Notes: a model not told the origin generated them from the letters alone. A stretch of DNA of 46,538 nucleotides from Catajapyx aquilonaris (GCA_000934665.2 KZ538809.1:1-46538); one strand, 5' to 3'. Counted from the first letter of the stretch, positions 12,376 to 25,466 are shown. Made by a program: numbers and translations.

Positions 12376-12630
12376 TTAATATCCACTGCTCCAGCAGCAC
12401 TCTCACTAAAGCTACAGGTTATTGAATGTACTGTTGATAGGCTATTTATGAGAAAAGCCTTACGTTTCATGTTCGATTCATACTAGGTCATACTATGTCC
12501 TTAATATTGAATGTAAGTTCATTTTTCTTTTCGCTCCACGTTTGCACTTATGACACGGTAATACAACTCGAAAGTACTGTACTGTACGTGCTGACAATAT
12601 TAGTGGTGCACTACAAAAGTCCATTAGTTC

Positions 12631-12799
12631 AGGGGAAAAATTTATGGATTGTTTATATAGGATTATAGCGGAGTAATCAGTTTTAAAAACAACTATCAGT
12701 ATACATATTAGTTATGTCCTTCGTTGTTGCTTTCAATTAGTTTTATTTCATTTTTAAGCTGCTGGTTGCTGGAACAAATAATCCATAACTGCTTCCCTT
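12631..12799. mobile_element. Old small MITE (TTATGGATT / CTGGTTGCTGGAA family)
   Basis: Ends AGGGGAAAAATTTATGGATT / AATCCATAACTGCTTCCCT. The right end CTGGTTGCTGGAA..AATCCATAACT recurs at 21488-21519, and a left-end fragment TTGTTCACTCCAGCAACCAGCAG lies near 2855-2877. Confidence 0.55.
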
Positions 12800-14813
12800 T
12801 GACTGGGGACTTGGGCAGCACAGTACACCATCCTCTATACGAGTAAAAGGATTCAGTACATGAATATTTGCTTCTCGAGGGTTTTGTTTCCAAGCCTCAG
12901 CCAGTTATATACAGTATAGCCTGTGTTGCAGTCATCCTTACGTATATGCTGCTCATCTTAATCGCTTCTCAAGAGACCAGCTTATATAAGCATATACTGT
13001 ATATTAGCTGTGTATAGCGGGCGAGGTTCAAGGAAACAGGAAAAAAAACAAATGTCTATATACATTCAAAAAATGAAACGTTTCTTTTCCATGAATATGG
13101 GCAACTCTTTTCATAATAAAATGCAAGATTTTTTTTTTCATTGCTCAATTTGGAAATATGTTGGGAGGACTATACACTGTTGAGAAATTCTGTAAAATTA
13201 TATGTTATATGTGACAAAGGACGTCACTTTCCCCCCCAAAAAATGCAAATACTGTAATTTCTTCAACGCAACATACCACAGAACAAAAAAAACTGTTTTT
13301 CAGAATTTATCTCCTGATCCTTATCGGTTGAAATTGTGAGGGTGGTCCTCCATATATGAACTCGTCATCACGTTTGACGTGGAATCATACCGTTGGAAGG
13401 CTCGTTGGGCTTTGCATCAACCCATTGCTATATACACTGAAGGTGAGGCGACTCTGCAGGAGTGACTGAAAATGTTCTCTTTCCAGAGGCAAAAGGTAGC
13501 AGGTCCCACCCATCGCCTAACTTGAATGCGGCACTCTCTGGATGACTCACCGTGACAACTGAAAGTGATAAGAAGCTCGGCAATTCCCGAAGTTGTCATA
13601 CCTCGCGTATCACTATTTCCTAGTTACCTTCTGTCAAATGCATGGCATATAACTATGACAACTCCGAGTCTTTTCGACCCTCATATCGTGCTCAGTTATC
13701 GCTGTGGGTGATCCGGAGTGGGTCGTATTCAGATAAGGCGATGGGTGGTACCTGCCTTATGCTTCTGGGTAAAAAAATAAACAACCGAGAATTTTTTACC
13801 GATGCGATTGTGAGCTCAATTCTGAAACACATGGGATAAATTTACAGTAATCCCTTTACTATGTGTAAATAAATCATCTACACAATATATCATCAGTGAA
13901 TATGATAATTAGTTGACAAGGTATGTAACCAAGCGCATATAGCATACGTATGTACGATGTTAGTAAACGTGTGTGAAAAATGAGCCATATACAGTCAAAT
14001 AGCGGTAAATATTGAAAGTAACATTAGCCTATGTGACAGGTATTTTGTCATCATGGCGCCTCAAATTCTGAGCAAACGGCCACTTGCAAATAATAATTGA
14101 TCATCATCCATCACTATACAGCCGTTTCCGCTGCCAAACTCCGCTCGACTATATAGGCCTATACATAATTATATGCTTCAGGAATGTCCTAAGAAATCGG
14201 AAGATAATAATTATTATGAGATATTACGGATACTAACTAGAATATGCTCTTGACTAACAACTATATAGCCTGTATAAGTTATATATATAATGTCGGGCTG
14301 GCCGACCCTGATGCTGCTTTTTCTCCCGTATCAAATCCAGTTACTCTGAAAAAAGTTGTTTAAGAGCTTCTAGTGATAGATTTGGTGATAGATAAGCATA
14401 TAAAATAGCAGTCTTAGAGATCATCATTGCCTGTTGCTTTTTTTTGATATATTATTCCATGCTAAAAATATATTGATGTTCCCAGTTGCTGCTGGGGTGC
14501 GGCAATTAGTGCAGAGCATGACTCAAATTCGTTTCAAGAAGCCTATAGATCCACACTTTTATAATTACCCCTATTCACAACATCATGTAAATCCCTTCAA
14601 TATAACTTATGTCTACCTCCCATGAAAACCCATAGACTAATCCTATAATTCCCGCATAATTAATTTTCATGTCACTGCTTGGTGAATTATTATGTCGGCA
14701 ACTTGTTTTGCTCTTCCCATTGAAAAGCTCCAAAAAGTTGAGAACATTGATAGTGTATTCTTTACTCCTATTACTGATAACACAAAGTCCTCAATAAACT
14801 GTATGGGCCAATA

Positions 14814-15216
14814 ACCGAAGCAGTTTGGCGGAGTGGATAAGGTGTTCGACTGCTAATGGGGAGGTCCTGGGTTCGAGTTCTGGGGCAGGCAATCCTATAA
14901 CCATGGTTTTCTGTGGTTTCCCACATGTGGTCCCCCAGGAGAATTCCGGGATTACTCCTTAAATAATAGGCCACAACCGCTTCCTTCCTTTCCTATATCC
15001 TTGTCCCGTCCATGAGGAGGTGCGGTGTCGGTGGACGGTGGGGAGTTTCTGACCCGCATCTATAGGGGGTCATCTTGGCGACCGGGCCCCCTGAGGGACT
15101 GCATACGACCCCCAACTTGAGACATTACACTTGCACTAGTGCCCTCATTATCCATATCCTGTGCCCTGCACCGAATGGTGGTATTCCACCCCCCTAAGAG
15201 GGCCTAGGGCCCTAAA
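14814..15216 (+). mobile_element. tRNA-derived SINE, long variant with an extra ~150-bp central domain; tail truncated
   Basis: ACCGAAGC start, A box TGGCGGAGTGG, B box GGTTCGAGTTCT, family body, then extra sequence ~15008-15160, then AATGGTGGTATTCCAC shared with the 4056 copy. No TSD seen. Confidence 0.9.
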
Positions 15217-15255
15217 TCTCTTTTTGTTATGTTATCTTCCATTTTGTTTTCTTCC

Positions 15256-15372
15256 GCACCAACAAAATTACCGGTCCGATAGCTCCTAATGGACAGATAG
15301 GTAGACCTTTTAACATGTGCTATCGGTCCGTTAGGAGCTATCGGACAGGTAATTTTGTTGGTGCAACCAGGC
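15256..15372. mobile_element. Short inverted-repeat element (probable MITE, left terminus decayed)
   Basis: ~45-bp arms GCACCAACAAAATTACCGGTCCGATAGCTCCTAATGGACAGATAG / CTATCGGTCCGTTAGGAGCTATCGGACAGGTAATTTTGTTGGTGC with a ~19-nt spacer. No clean TSD. Confidence 0.6.
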
Positions 15373-17738
15373 ATAAGCCTAATTTAGTTTGCGATTGCGG
15401 GAGTGACTTATTGTTCACCGTCCTGTTTCGTATCGTATACATGTAAACAAATATTTTACTCTGCACACTACAGTAAGTGCAATGTACGGTATATTGCTGA
15501 ACAAAATAATCATGATATTTAAATTTATTTGGGTCTACTAAAACGGGCTATGACATACTTCACTAGGAGTATACAGCATTGCAGTCACGTAACCTACGTA
15601 GAGAGTAGTTGCTTGAACAATGTATATATGTGCAATATATTGATAAAATATAACTAGAGAGCCAATTTCCACATAAACGCAACAAATCACTTAATTGCGA
15701 CCCTGCACCGCATTAACTTCCGAACAATACACGTTGCATATACAGTATAGCCATATTTGATGAGCCATCTCACAACAAAACGATTACCCATTTGTGTCCA
15801 CATAACAAACACACAATGACTGATACAATAGAGTAACCTCCAGCAAAATCCATCCAGCCAAGCGTGAAGAGCAGACAGATTGGCCCACCCTACAACACAT
15901 AGGAAAGACTCGTTCTCCAACTCCAGAATTTTTCTTCCTCTTTTTTTTTTTTTTTTTTACATATATCCATGCATCCAACAGGAACCCACACCGATCCTAT
16001 TCTCCTCTCTCCGCCATGTTCCTCCCCCTGGAAAGCACTCGACATTTGAATGCAGAGTCCAGCGCCATTGAAAAAGGCAAGTTTGAAGCGTGGTACATGC
16101 GAAGCCTACCCAATGGGCTGGCTGTCTCCCTTCCCCAATGCAGCAGCACTCATAAAGACACTCACTCGCTTTTGCCAATCATCGCTGCCGGCTGTAGGTT
16201 CCCTCCCTGCCTCTCACTCACTATACATGCATGGAAGCCAACGGAACCGAATCAACGATGGCAGGCACCCCCCTCATCCCCCCCTCCCCAACACCATTTG
16301 GCCCCTCCTCGGCCCCTCTTGACTCGCATTCTCTTCAATGGGAATAAATTTTAACGAGGGCAGCAAGTCGAATTTCACACTTGACTCGCTATTCAACCAC
16401 CCTCTCCCAGTAGTACCATATAAAGTATACCGTACTTCAGAGGCAAGCTTCACAGTACACATATGATGCCTGCTTGCAATGCACCATGCATCTATAGCCA
16501 AAAGCACTCTGCCCCCACCCAAAACATTTTCCCTTCCATCATACAGAATCACAATCATCACGTTTTTATCCATCCAACCCCACCACTTCCGGTATTACTG
16601 CGTGCTCAATAGGATATACGAGCACCGCATAAACATTCAATAGCGCTACAGGGGGAAGGGGGATGCTTGCATTACTGGCTTATTTGAATCTATAGGCCTA
16701 GAGTGCAGCATGGTGTTGCGGGGTTCTGCATGGCTTCATCGCATCAGCTAAATGTTACCCGTGTCTGTTGGATGACACCCTCGTTTTATATTTTGGGGGG
16801 AGCGTAATTATGTGGTGCTGCTCTTGCATAATGATGGAGCTGCATAACATTATGTGGTGATTTCTGGCATATCAATTATACTGGGTGTCTCAAAATGATG
16901 TGTTGCTATCAGCACACCAGCGGAGTAATGGGAGGAAAACTAGCGAATCAGGTCAGAACTCGAGTTTTTCGGTGTTAAGTTCTAATGGAAAGATTTAACT
17001 GCTGTTGGCTCAGAGGGCTTTCCCCACCCTTATCAGAGAACAAAACAAATCAAGCTTTATTACAGTGCAGCACCGAATAATAAAATCCTCTTACCGGTTC
17101 TTCTATGCATGTGTGGAGGCTCCTATATCCAACTCACATTATATCCTACACCTTCCAAATCCATCTGGTTTGCAGCCTCAAGTTTATGCTCATAGCTTTA
17201 ATCATCAGTCTACATATTACAGCCTGCATATCACCTTATTGTACTGCAACACACAGGACGGATATAAATCGGTTCTTGAAAGGCCACACCCATTCAGTAT
17301 ACAGTACACACAGTATGAGTCTGTTGTGGCCGGATGTGGCCTGCCTAGAAACAAGACTCCTCTGGTTCACAACAGCCTGCATGCGATACTTTCCATGGGA
17401 TCTTTCCATCCGTGTCGATGCGAATGATGAAAAAAGAGACGAGAGAATGAGGTGATGCGGATGAAGAAAGGTCTGCGGTGTATTGGTTGTGGCGGGTGCT
17501 GCTGTACAGTATACTGTATACACAGTATAGGGCGGGTAGAACGAAATAGGAGAAGAGAGGTGAGTGGGTATAGGGGCAGGAGAAGCAGGAGCAGCAGGGG
17601 CGCAAATAATAGGCTTCTTTAGAGCAGGGCCTTCGAGCAGACACCCGAGAAGCTAACGTCGGCAAATCCGTTTAGCGGCAGTGATTAAACGAGCTCCCAG
17701 CACGTCAAGTTTCCTCACCTTGAGTCGGGGGGGTACAA

Positions 17739-17749
17739 AGAGAGTGAGA

Positions 17750-17780
<31 letters not shown>
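17739..17780. repeat. (AG)n microsatellite
   Basis: About 21 AG units with two interruptions. Confidence 0.95.
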
Positions 17781-20700
17781 CTCTTCCTTGCAACTGCTGC
17801 TCTTCTGCTTACCACAGGGATTCATTCTCAGCACCAGCAGCTGCCCTCAATAGCTCATTCATCTCGAGCTCTCCCTCTCAATACAGTTGCTTCGATTCAC
17901 ATGTATATACTGCTCAACCCACCTGCATCAGCAAAAAGCTCTCTCTCCATTTTAGGCACATCCAAGGGCCGATGAACTGGTATATGACCGCCAATTACAT
18001 AATAAAGAATGTCATCATAATTTTCGTTTGATATGCCTAATTTGAATAAGAGTGAATAGTCGACAGGAATACAATAATAATACACCTATTTGCGTCATAA
18101 CATTTCTGCTTGTGGTGTGCAAAAAGATCCCAGCCATATTTGCATTGGATTCATATACGCTGTATTGTATGATGTTTATTGCTAGAGCCTTGTACTAATA
18201 ATGATAATAAATTGAAATGGCAACTGCCAAGTTTTTGAGAGGGTAGTCTATACGCTTTTCACTATTCTCGTTGCCTTCTGAATTAAAATATGACAGGTTT
18301 CAAACATTAAACACATTTTAAAATGTGCATAAGTGAGTTTTAAAATCTAAGCAGTGCAAAAACAGTCAAAGAGCTGCAAAAAATTTTGCGGTATCCCCAA
18401 GGCATGCTGTATGATGTGGACGATCGGCACCACCATTTTTGGTAAAAAAAAAAGAGACCAAATTGTGATTCTAATTTTTACCGCAGCCTGGCAGGATTGC
18501 AATTCTCCCGCACATTTTTGGCAAGACCAACGCTTGCAGTATTTTTATAAAAGTGTAAAATGTGTTAAGTGAGTGAAAGTTGAATTATTTTGCATTTGAT
18601 TTCCGACGGGAAAAAGAAAGGTGAAATGGACGTCCATTTTAAAAACGTGAAGACCTCCGTAATGACGTAGGCCTATATAAAAAGCTTTTAACATCACCTT
18701 TTGTTCAGGTCAGATTTTTTTTAAAAATGCGTGAAAGTCGACTATTCTTCCTTTCCAAAATCGCACATCCAGAATAACACTATCAAAAATACGGCGCCAT
18801 TTTGTGCCTGTCTGCATAGAGACTGCATATACATTTTGTTTGTTGCTTATGTTGGTCCAAACAGGCAGATATGCTTATATAATTTGCATGTATCTGACAT
18901 ACCATATACTTAAACCTTTGTGTTTCAGAGCACATCACATGCCTGAGTTGAATTCACTTATAGGTGGCATGTCTTCACCAGTCTCCTTGCAAAAGTTAGT
19001 CCCAATAAAGATACGCCAGCAGAGACATTAGCGTAATTGCCATTGAAAATATCTCTAAAAGGTTTCACCATCGCACTGTCGCCCTGACTAGAAACTATAA
19101 GGAAGGGGGAACGAAAAAGGAGGAGCAGCCTTTAAATTGAATGCCAGGAAGGAAGGAAAAGAGAGGAATGGAAGGCTGGAGGGGGGGGGGGGGGNAGAAA
19201 AAGAGACTAAGTATAGGGGGCGCACTTCCTGTCCCGAACGGCGTCATCTCAGCAGAGAGGCGCCATCAGCAGCAACAGCAAAGGCAGAACGTGACTGGTG
19301 GCAGAAGGCAGAAAAGCTGAGATTGCATAAGTTGCCTCATTAAACTCGACGAATGCAATCACGCTTCTTTGGTCGCATCTAAAGCCGACTGATTGATTTA
19401 GCCTCGTTTGGGTGCAAATGGCTGCCACCCCCTTCTCCATCCCCCCCTCTCTCTACGTGTAGATGGTGAAGGGTGGGGGAGGAGGGGGTTCGATACCCAG
19501 CGTGCTATAGGAGGGGCCAAGGCAATGCCTTTGTTGAGAAATACAATGGCCCCACGCAAGAGGGGAAGAGAGAAGGAGGGGCCCAACGCCACAATACGAA
19601 GAGAGAGACCCCCCACCCCCTGCACTAACACCCTCCTTTCCCTATACTACCACACCCATCCCTCCCAAGTATAGAACAGACCATGCTCATGTATTCTACC
19701 CACCTCATTATATAGTGACCACCCGATAGTAATTAGACCACCACTATCAATCCTGGTCACGACACCCAAATGTCATCAACCTGCAAGAGTCTATTTATCA
19801 TGATGTTTACAGCCGCCTTCTATAGACTATGCAAATTCTATGGTAAGATCCGTAATTAATCCCTCTACTACTAGTGGGCAGTTTCATATGGCAAGGAGCG
19901 TACCAAGGGCCATGTCCCCCCCGGTCCTCCCAGGAACCCCCGCCCCATCAGAGCCCGCGCATAAGCAGCCATCACTTGGAATTGATTCGCCATTTACACA
20001 GATTCTCGTTACTCGCTCGCAAAGGACGTGTGTAATTCAAAGGCGTGTGACTCAACCTGCATAAATTATACAGAGACTTAATGGATTCAGACTCCTCCCT
20101 CTACTCCATATGGCGTGGGCCAAAGCCCTCTCAAAAGAGCCCAGAACATAATCACCCAAATAAAAATGGCGGGCCAAGCTCCCCTTGGCAACGCTTTCGG
20201 TGGACATACAGCACAGAGGTCCAATAAAACCCTCTAGAAACCCACCGAGTTTTCTTGGTATGTAGCCAGGAGAAGGTCCTGAGAGGGCCCGGGGGTGTGA
20301 CAATGGCGCCCAACGAAGCTTACTTACATTTGCTGGAAGGGTAAGCAGCAATGTCTAATCTGCGTGTGCAATTGGCAGGAATGAGATTAAGATAAAAAGC
20401 ACGATTGGGAGCTGTCATCCAAACCATGCGACTGGATTATAAAGAACGTGCTGCATGAATATAATACATAGTGTATCCTTTCGTGAATCTGATTTGATCA
20501 AGCCAAGTCAGTGCCGCTGTCGCAGTTCAGGTTTTTCTGGTTATGTATAGCTATATGCACACTATATAATTATGCACACTGTGCAGGTTAGCATATAGAA
20601 TAGCTACACTGAGATGGACAGCATGAAACCGTATAACTTAATATATTTTCAGTTGACAACTAAGTTAAATAAACAAATCACTGTTATAATGGCTGATCAC

Positions 20701-21030
20701 AGAGCTCAATAATGTTGACAAGTTATTGAAATTGCATTTGATCTCGACGTGTCCTAAATTCAATCAGAAAGATGTGCGTAGGTGTAGGAGCTAAAATAAC
20801 TTCATTTCTTCACGGCCACTCTGAATATTTCTGGACCTATATACAAGGCCGTCAGTTTGAGACAGGTAATATAATATCCGCTGGATATAACGGTGATTTG
20901 ATCTGAGTAGCCCAGAACTTATGTATAGTTATGTATACAAACACCCACACACCAAAGATCAAATTCGTAGATGACCTTGGTTAGAAGCGGCATCCCAGCT
21001 TTGTCACGGTTTTATGCGTCTCAAAGTGAC

Positions 21031-21087
21031 GGGCATGACCATATACTCGGGTACAAAATTTTTGTACCCGAGTATATGGTCATGCCC
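21031..21087. repeat. Perfect palindrome, 28-bp arms, 1-nt loop
   Basis: GGGCATGACCATATACTCGGGTACAAAA-T-TTTTGTACCCGAGTATATGGTCATGCCC. Confidence 0.97.
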
Positions 21088-21403
21088 AAAAACATAGGTG
21101 TTGTTTCATATGAAGCAACAATAAAATAGGCTTGCTATATAGGCTATAATTTTTAAAAATAGAAGCAGCCCATTAATTCACATTGGTTGATTAATTTGTG
21201 AGTAACTGGTTATATGGGTCTCTTATTGTCTCAAAAAACAAACATTCGTGATGAAGCTCACTGCAATCACAACGTATAGATCTGCTGTACACTGGATATT
21301 TTAAAACCCTTTTCTCTATAAACACACCTTGTAACTCAATATAAGTTGCATGGGATATAGAGAGGGGGCGTGCAGTGCTCAAGTCGCCAGTTCAAAAGTG
21401 GGT

Positions 21404-21526
21404 AGAGGAAATGTATGGATTGTTCATTCCAGCAACCAACAATCATCATGTTAATTTCAGTTGTTGCAATGTTTACTTCTCTTCCAACTGGTTGCTGGAA
21501 TATAAAAAAATCCATAACTTATCCCA
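21404..21526. mobile_element. Second copy of the old small MITE seen at 12631
   Basis: Inverted ends TATGGATTGTTCATTCCAGCAACCA / TGGTTGCTGGAATATAAAAAAATCCATA. Confidence 0.55.
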
Positions 21527-22329
21527 TCTCCTTACACATATTTATAAAATCTATAAGCCTACAATATTAAACTTTTCTCCATTCAACAATGAGATAAAAA
21601 TGTCTCACATGTCCCATTCTTTATTGATCACCAAAGTTCAAGGCAGACCTCTACAATATTTTTAAAAAAGCAATGATATGCTGTCTCACAACAGGTTTCA
21701 GATACGCCCCTGGACGCAGCACCTGCTCGCTATACTTACATTATTATAACTGACATGACCAGGGACGAAGGTGACAGTATATATCGACGATAAGGAACTC
21801 TTTGATCGCCCTGTATATATAGAGGCTCCATCACGCACGCAAGGAAGGAACAAAGAAAGGTCTGAGCATGCAGCTCCCACAGATCCGGCGTAGAATATAT
21901 GCCTGTTGGACTGATAAGATCTGGGGCTATAGTCCTTGGGCCTATATAGTAATAGGGCATGCAAGCCAGGCTGCTGGGATGTAGGGAGTAATAGGGGCCG
22001 ATGGCTGCGATGAGGGGCTCCCTTCGTCCATTTGCAGCCACCTGATTAAAACTGTCACTTGCTCCATTAGCAGCCGCCCTACCTAGTAATTACCGCTGCT
22101 TTTCCCCAACTACTCCGCAGCACGACAGCCATTCACCATCATCGGCCGCGCGGCCTCTTCTCTCAGCTGACTTGCAACTCTATTTTATCACGCTAAGCGC
22201 ACAACCTGCCTGCCTTGCCTGCTGGACTGCCTCCACACCATACACTACATCTATAGCCTGTTGGAACCTATACCATGGCATGGTGTCACATTTACATGGC
22301 ACCTTGCCTGGAGAAATGGACACCAGTAT

Positions 22330-22457
22330 GCACAACATGGTCACGGCACAACATGGTCACGGCACAACATGGTCACGGCACAACATGGTCACGGCACAAC
22401 ATGGTCATGGCACAACATGGTCATGGCACAACATGGTCACGGCACAATATGGTCATG
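22330..22457. repeat. Minisatellite, 8 x 16 bp
   Basis: Unit GCACAACATGGTCA(C/T)G in eight head-to-tail copies with no spacers. Confidence 0.97.
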
Positions 22458-23800
22458 GCGGATTTCGGTAAAATTTAAAACAAGTCATTGTTGCATAACA
22501 AGTAAAAGTGTGCAAATATTTTAAAAACTCAATCAGATTAGTGTACAATAAATGTAGTCATTTCTGAAGAAATGAAGTCAACCAATCAAAAGCCTCTGTC
22601 CTCACACCGTGTTATTCATTCCCATTATAATTATTTAAAGAGCTCATATGAACTGCATAAAATATTATTACCAGCATTGTGGACAGACGACAACGTTTTG
22701 TTAATCTGCCTGAGAGCACATGCTGATGGTAATAATCGGGTGGAGGGAAAAGAACGGCCAATGCGAATCAGGGAGAGAGAGAAGGAGGAGGGGAGACACA
22801 CACACAAAAAAACAGCTTTCTGGGAAATGAGCCATCCACGAGTGTTTGGAGTGTGCTTGTTTAGGTGGTTAATTTGGCCTGGGAGTAGTTGTCTGGCCGC
22901 CTTGGCCCCTCTCCTTTCGAGGTGATGGCTGCCTTGAAAAGGCCTCCTGGCAATTGCCTCCTTTTACTCGCGAAACAGAGCAAAATGCCCAGGCTTTCAA
23001 GTAATTTGGTTTCTGATTGTTGTTCATCCCTCATAGAGTAGAAAAACGCTTCAATATAAGATAGCCGAGGATATGAAAAAAAGACACAACATGTACACAG
23101 ACCACGCAGTTCCTGCAGCAGACGATGGGACAAAGATACAAAGAACACAGATAAAAGGTTTCTGCTGCTGACAGCTTACATTTATATGTTGTGCTGTCCT
23201 TTTCCCTGGCTCTTAGCTGGCCCTAATTAGCAGCAGACAGCGGTGACAATAGAAAGAGGCTCTTATTTACCTCCCTTCCGGACCCTTCTTTTCTGCTCCC
23301 ATCAGCAGGCAGCCAGGACAACAAAATAAATACATTACCAACAGCTGCAGTGTGAATTGTTTCTAGCCATCTTCTCAACAAAGGGCAGCGTCATAATATT
23401 ATTATACTGAATGACGTGCTGGTGTCTCATAATACATCCGGAACACTGATGAGGCTAAAGGATGTTTTTATATAATATTCGTGAAAGGCTGGCAAGCTGA
23501 GCGTCTTAACGGGGCTCAAGGCAAGATTAGTGGCTCATAAATCTCCTCCCATCCGCTCCAAAGCTGTCAGGCTTCGGATTAAGAACGGATTCACCTGACA
23601 CGATCCTGGCCCCACAAATCCTCCTCAAACCTCTTCTCTCTTGACTCCGCTTGCCAGCAATCAAAGCTCGCTCCAGATCCTCATCACGCTCGTCTTACCC
23701 ATTTTAAATACATTCACTTACATCGCACTAATTAGGCCGCGGCCTACTTTGTGCAACATATAACGTTTCGGGTACAGAATGTATCACTCACAGTATTGTA

Positions 23801-24134
23801 CTGTAGATGACATTTTTGGCTGGAAAAATGTATAAAATTCGGCTCAGACTGCTCAGAGAGAGAGAAGCGCACCGCGACATCCGACGGTGATGTGCAGAAG
23901 TGAGCGAATCGGCGCCACCCAGCCCGTAACGGAAGAAATGGGAATTCCGTGGAAAGGCCGCGGTCGGCTTTTTTTTTTTTTGAGATTTACAAAGTTCCTC
24001 TCCACCGTTTCCAAAAAAACAAGAGTTTACTGAAAATATAGAAAACACGGGAAAAATTTGGAGACCACTCCCAATGCTGTAGGCGGTACGGTGCGGGAGG
24101 AGTTGTGGGAACAGTCGGCTTTTAATAATATAGA
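23801..24134 (-). mobile_element. Non-autonomous Helitron (copy 1)
   Basis: Minus strand starts A|TCTATATTATTAAAAGCCGACTGTTCCCACAACTCCTCCCGCAC and is homologous along its length to copy 2. 3' hairpin ACATTTTT-CCAGCC-AAAAATGT precedes a decayed CTAG-like end. Confidence 0.75.
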
Positions 24135-24742
24135 TTGTATTTCTTTCAAGACCAATGCCTCACTGCACGTTATATGCATAATGAAGTTGGGTTTCAGAGA
24201 GGTGCAGGATATATCCTATACAAAATAATTATATAGGCACTGCAAACTCTTGTACACCTTTTGCGCCGACTGCTGGTGTAACCGCGTGCAAAAGGACTAC
24301 AGTGTAATTCTGCTCTCAGAGCTTGTTATTCGGCAGCGTGTAATGTTACAAGATTAGAACCGAGTGGAGCTGCTTCCAATTTGATCGACACGAATAAAAC
24401 CCCCACGAACTTTGCATCAGTATATATATACTGTCGGTATTTTATTCCCTTCCGCTTGAGTACGAAGTGATGGTCGGATTTGACATCATCGTGGAAAGAG
24501 TTGGCACGGAGAAGAGTTGAAACTTTCTGCCCATGTACACGATAATAACTGTCAACCACTTCTGCCAAGTGCAGTCTCCTGCTCAGCACGGCAGTGAATA
24601 TATGCATACAATACAGATTTCAGAATTTCTCTAACTTATTACACCTTTGTACGTTCACATAATAATGTTTCGTGCCTAAGTACATTTTGATTTATACAAT
24701 ACATCTGGTACTAAAAATCCCCACCCTTACGAACCCCATTAA

Positions 24743-25039
24743 TCTATATCATTAATACTCGACACCGAAGCAGGTTGGCATAGTGGATAAGGCGTCCGAC
24801 TGCTAATCGGAAGGTCCTGGGTTCGAATCCCGGTGCCGGCAACTCTAACCGTGGTTTTCTGTGGTTTCCCACGGTTTCTCCAGGAGAATTCCGGAGTTGT
24901 TTCCTAATAAACAGGCCACAGCCGCCCCCTTCCTTTCCTATCCTCTCCCAAAGAGCAATAAGTAAAAATGCAAGCAAAGAGTTCCAGACAAAACAAAAAT
25001 TCCCCCCTAAAGAGCCGCCGGCTGATAACGGGGTATGAA

Positions 25040-25122
<83 letters not shown>

Positions 25123-25466
25123 ACTCGACTGTTCCCACAACTCCTCCCGCACAGTACAGCCTACAGCATTGGGAGTGGTGTTAAAATTTACCCCGCGTTT
25201 TCTATATTTGCAATAAACGTTTTTTTTCTTTTTGGAAATAGTGTCCAGGGAATTTATAAAACGAAAAAAAAACGCCGACCGCGATTTTCCACGGAATTAC
25301 CATTTCCGCCGTTCCGGGCACGGGGCGCCACCTCCTGGGTGGCGACTCTGCACCGTCTTACTTCGGCACTTCACCGTCGAATGTCGCTGCCTTGTCTGCG
25401 TCTCTCTCTCCCTCCACTTTCGCAATTTTGCCAACTTTTGCCAAATTTTGGCAAGTTGATGCCTAG
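24743..25466 (+). mobile_element. Non-autonomous Helitron (copy 2) interrupted by a SINE
   Basis: A|TCTATATCATTAATACTCGAC...CTAG|T shows the AT target, TC start, CTAG end and no TSD. Subterminal hairpin CAACTTTTGCCAAATTTTGGCAAGTTG at 25432-25458. Confidence 0.85.
24764..25116 (+). mobile_element. tRNA-derived SINE with long (TTA)n tail, nested in a Helitron
   Basis: ACCGAAGC start, A and B boxes, family body, (TTA)n from ~25040. Perfect 13-bp TSD ATTAATACTCGAC at 24751-24763 and 25117-25129. Confidence 0.95.

Noticed and set aside
22330..22457. CRISPR-like array, or HGHGTTWSRHNMVTAQ repeat protein
   Set aside because: Units are contiguous with no spacers and no cas genes are present. The 16-bp period is not a multiple of 3, so the ORFs in all three frames are repeat artefacts.
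23447..23490. Hammerhead ribozyme core (CTGATGA…GAAA)
   Set aside because: No stem II pairing between the two motifs.
24326..24607. 93-aa ORF between the two Helitrons as a transposase or captured gene
   Set aside because: No Rep/helicase or DDE motifs and no recognisable similarity.
24904..25216. Poly-Leu and poly-Asn ORFs
   Set aside because: They are translations of the (TTA)n SINE tail.
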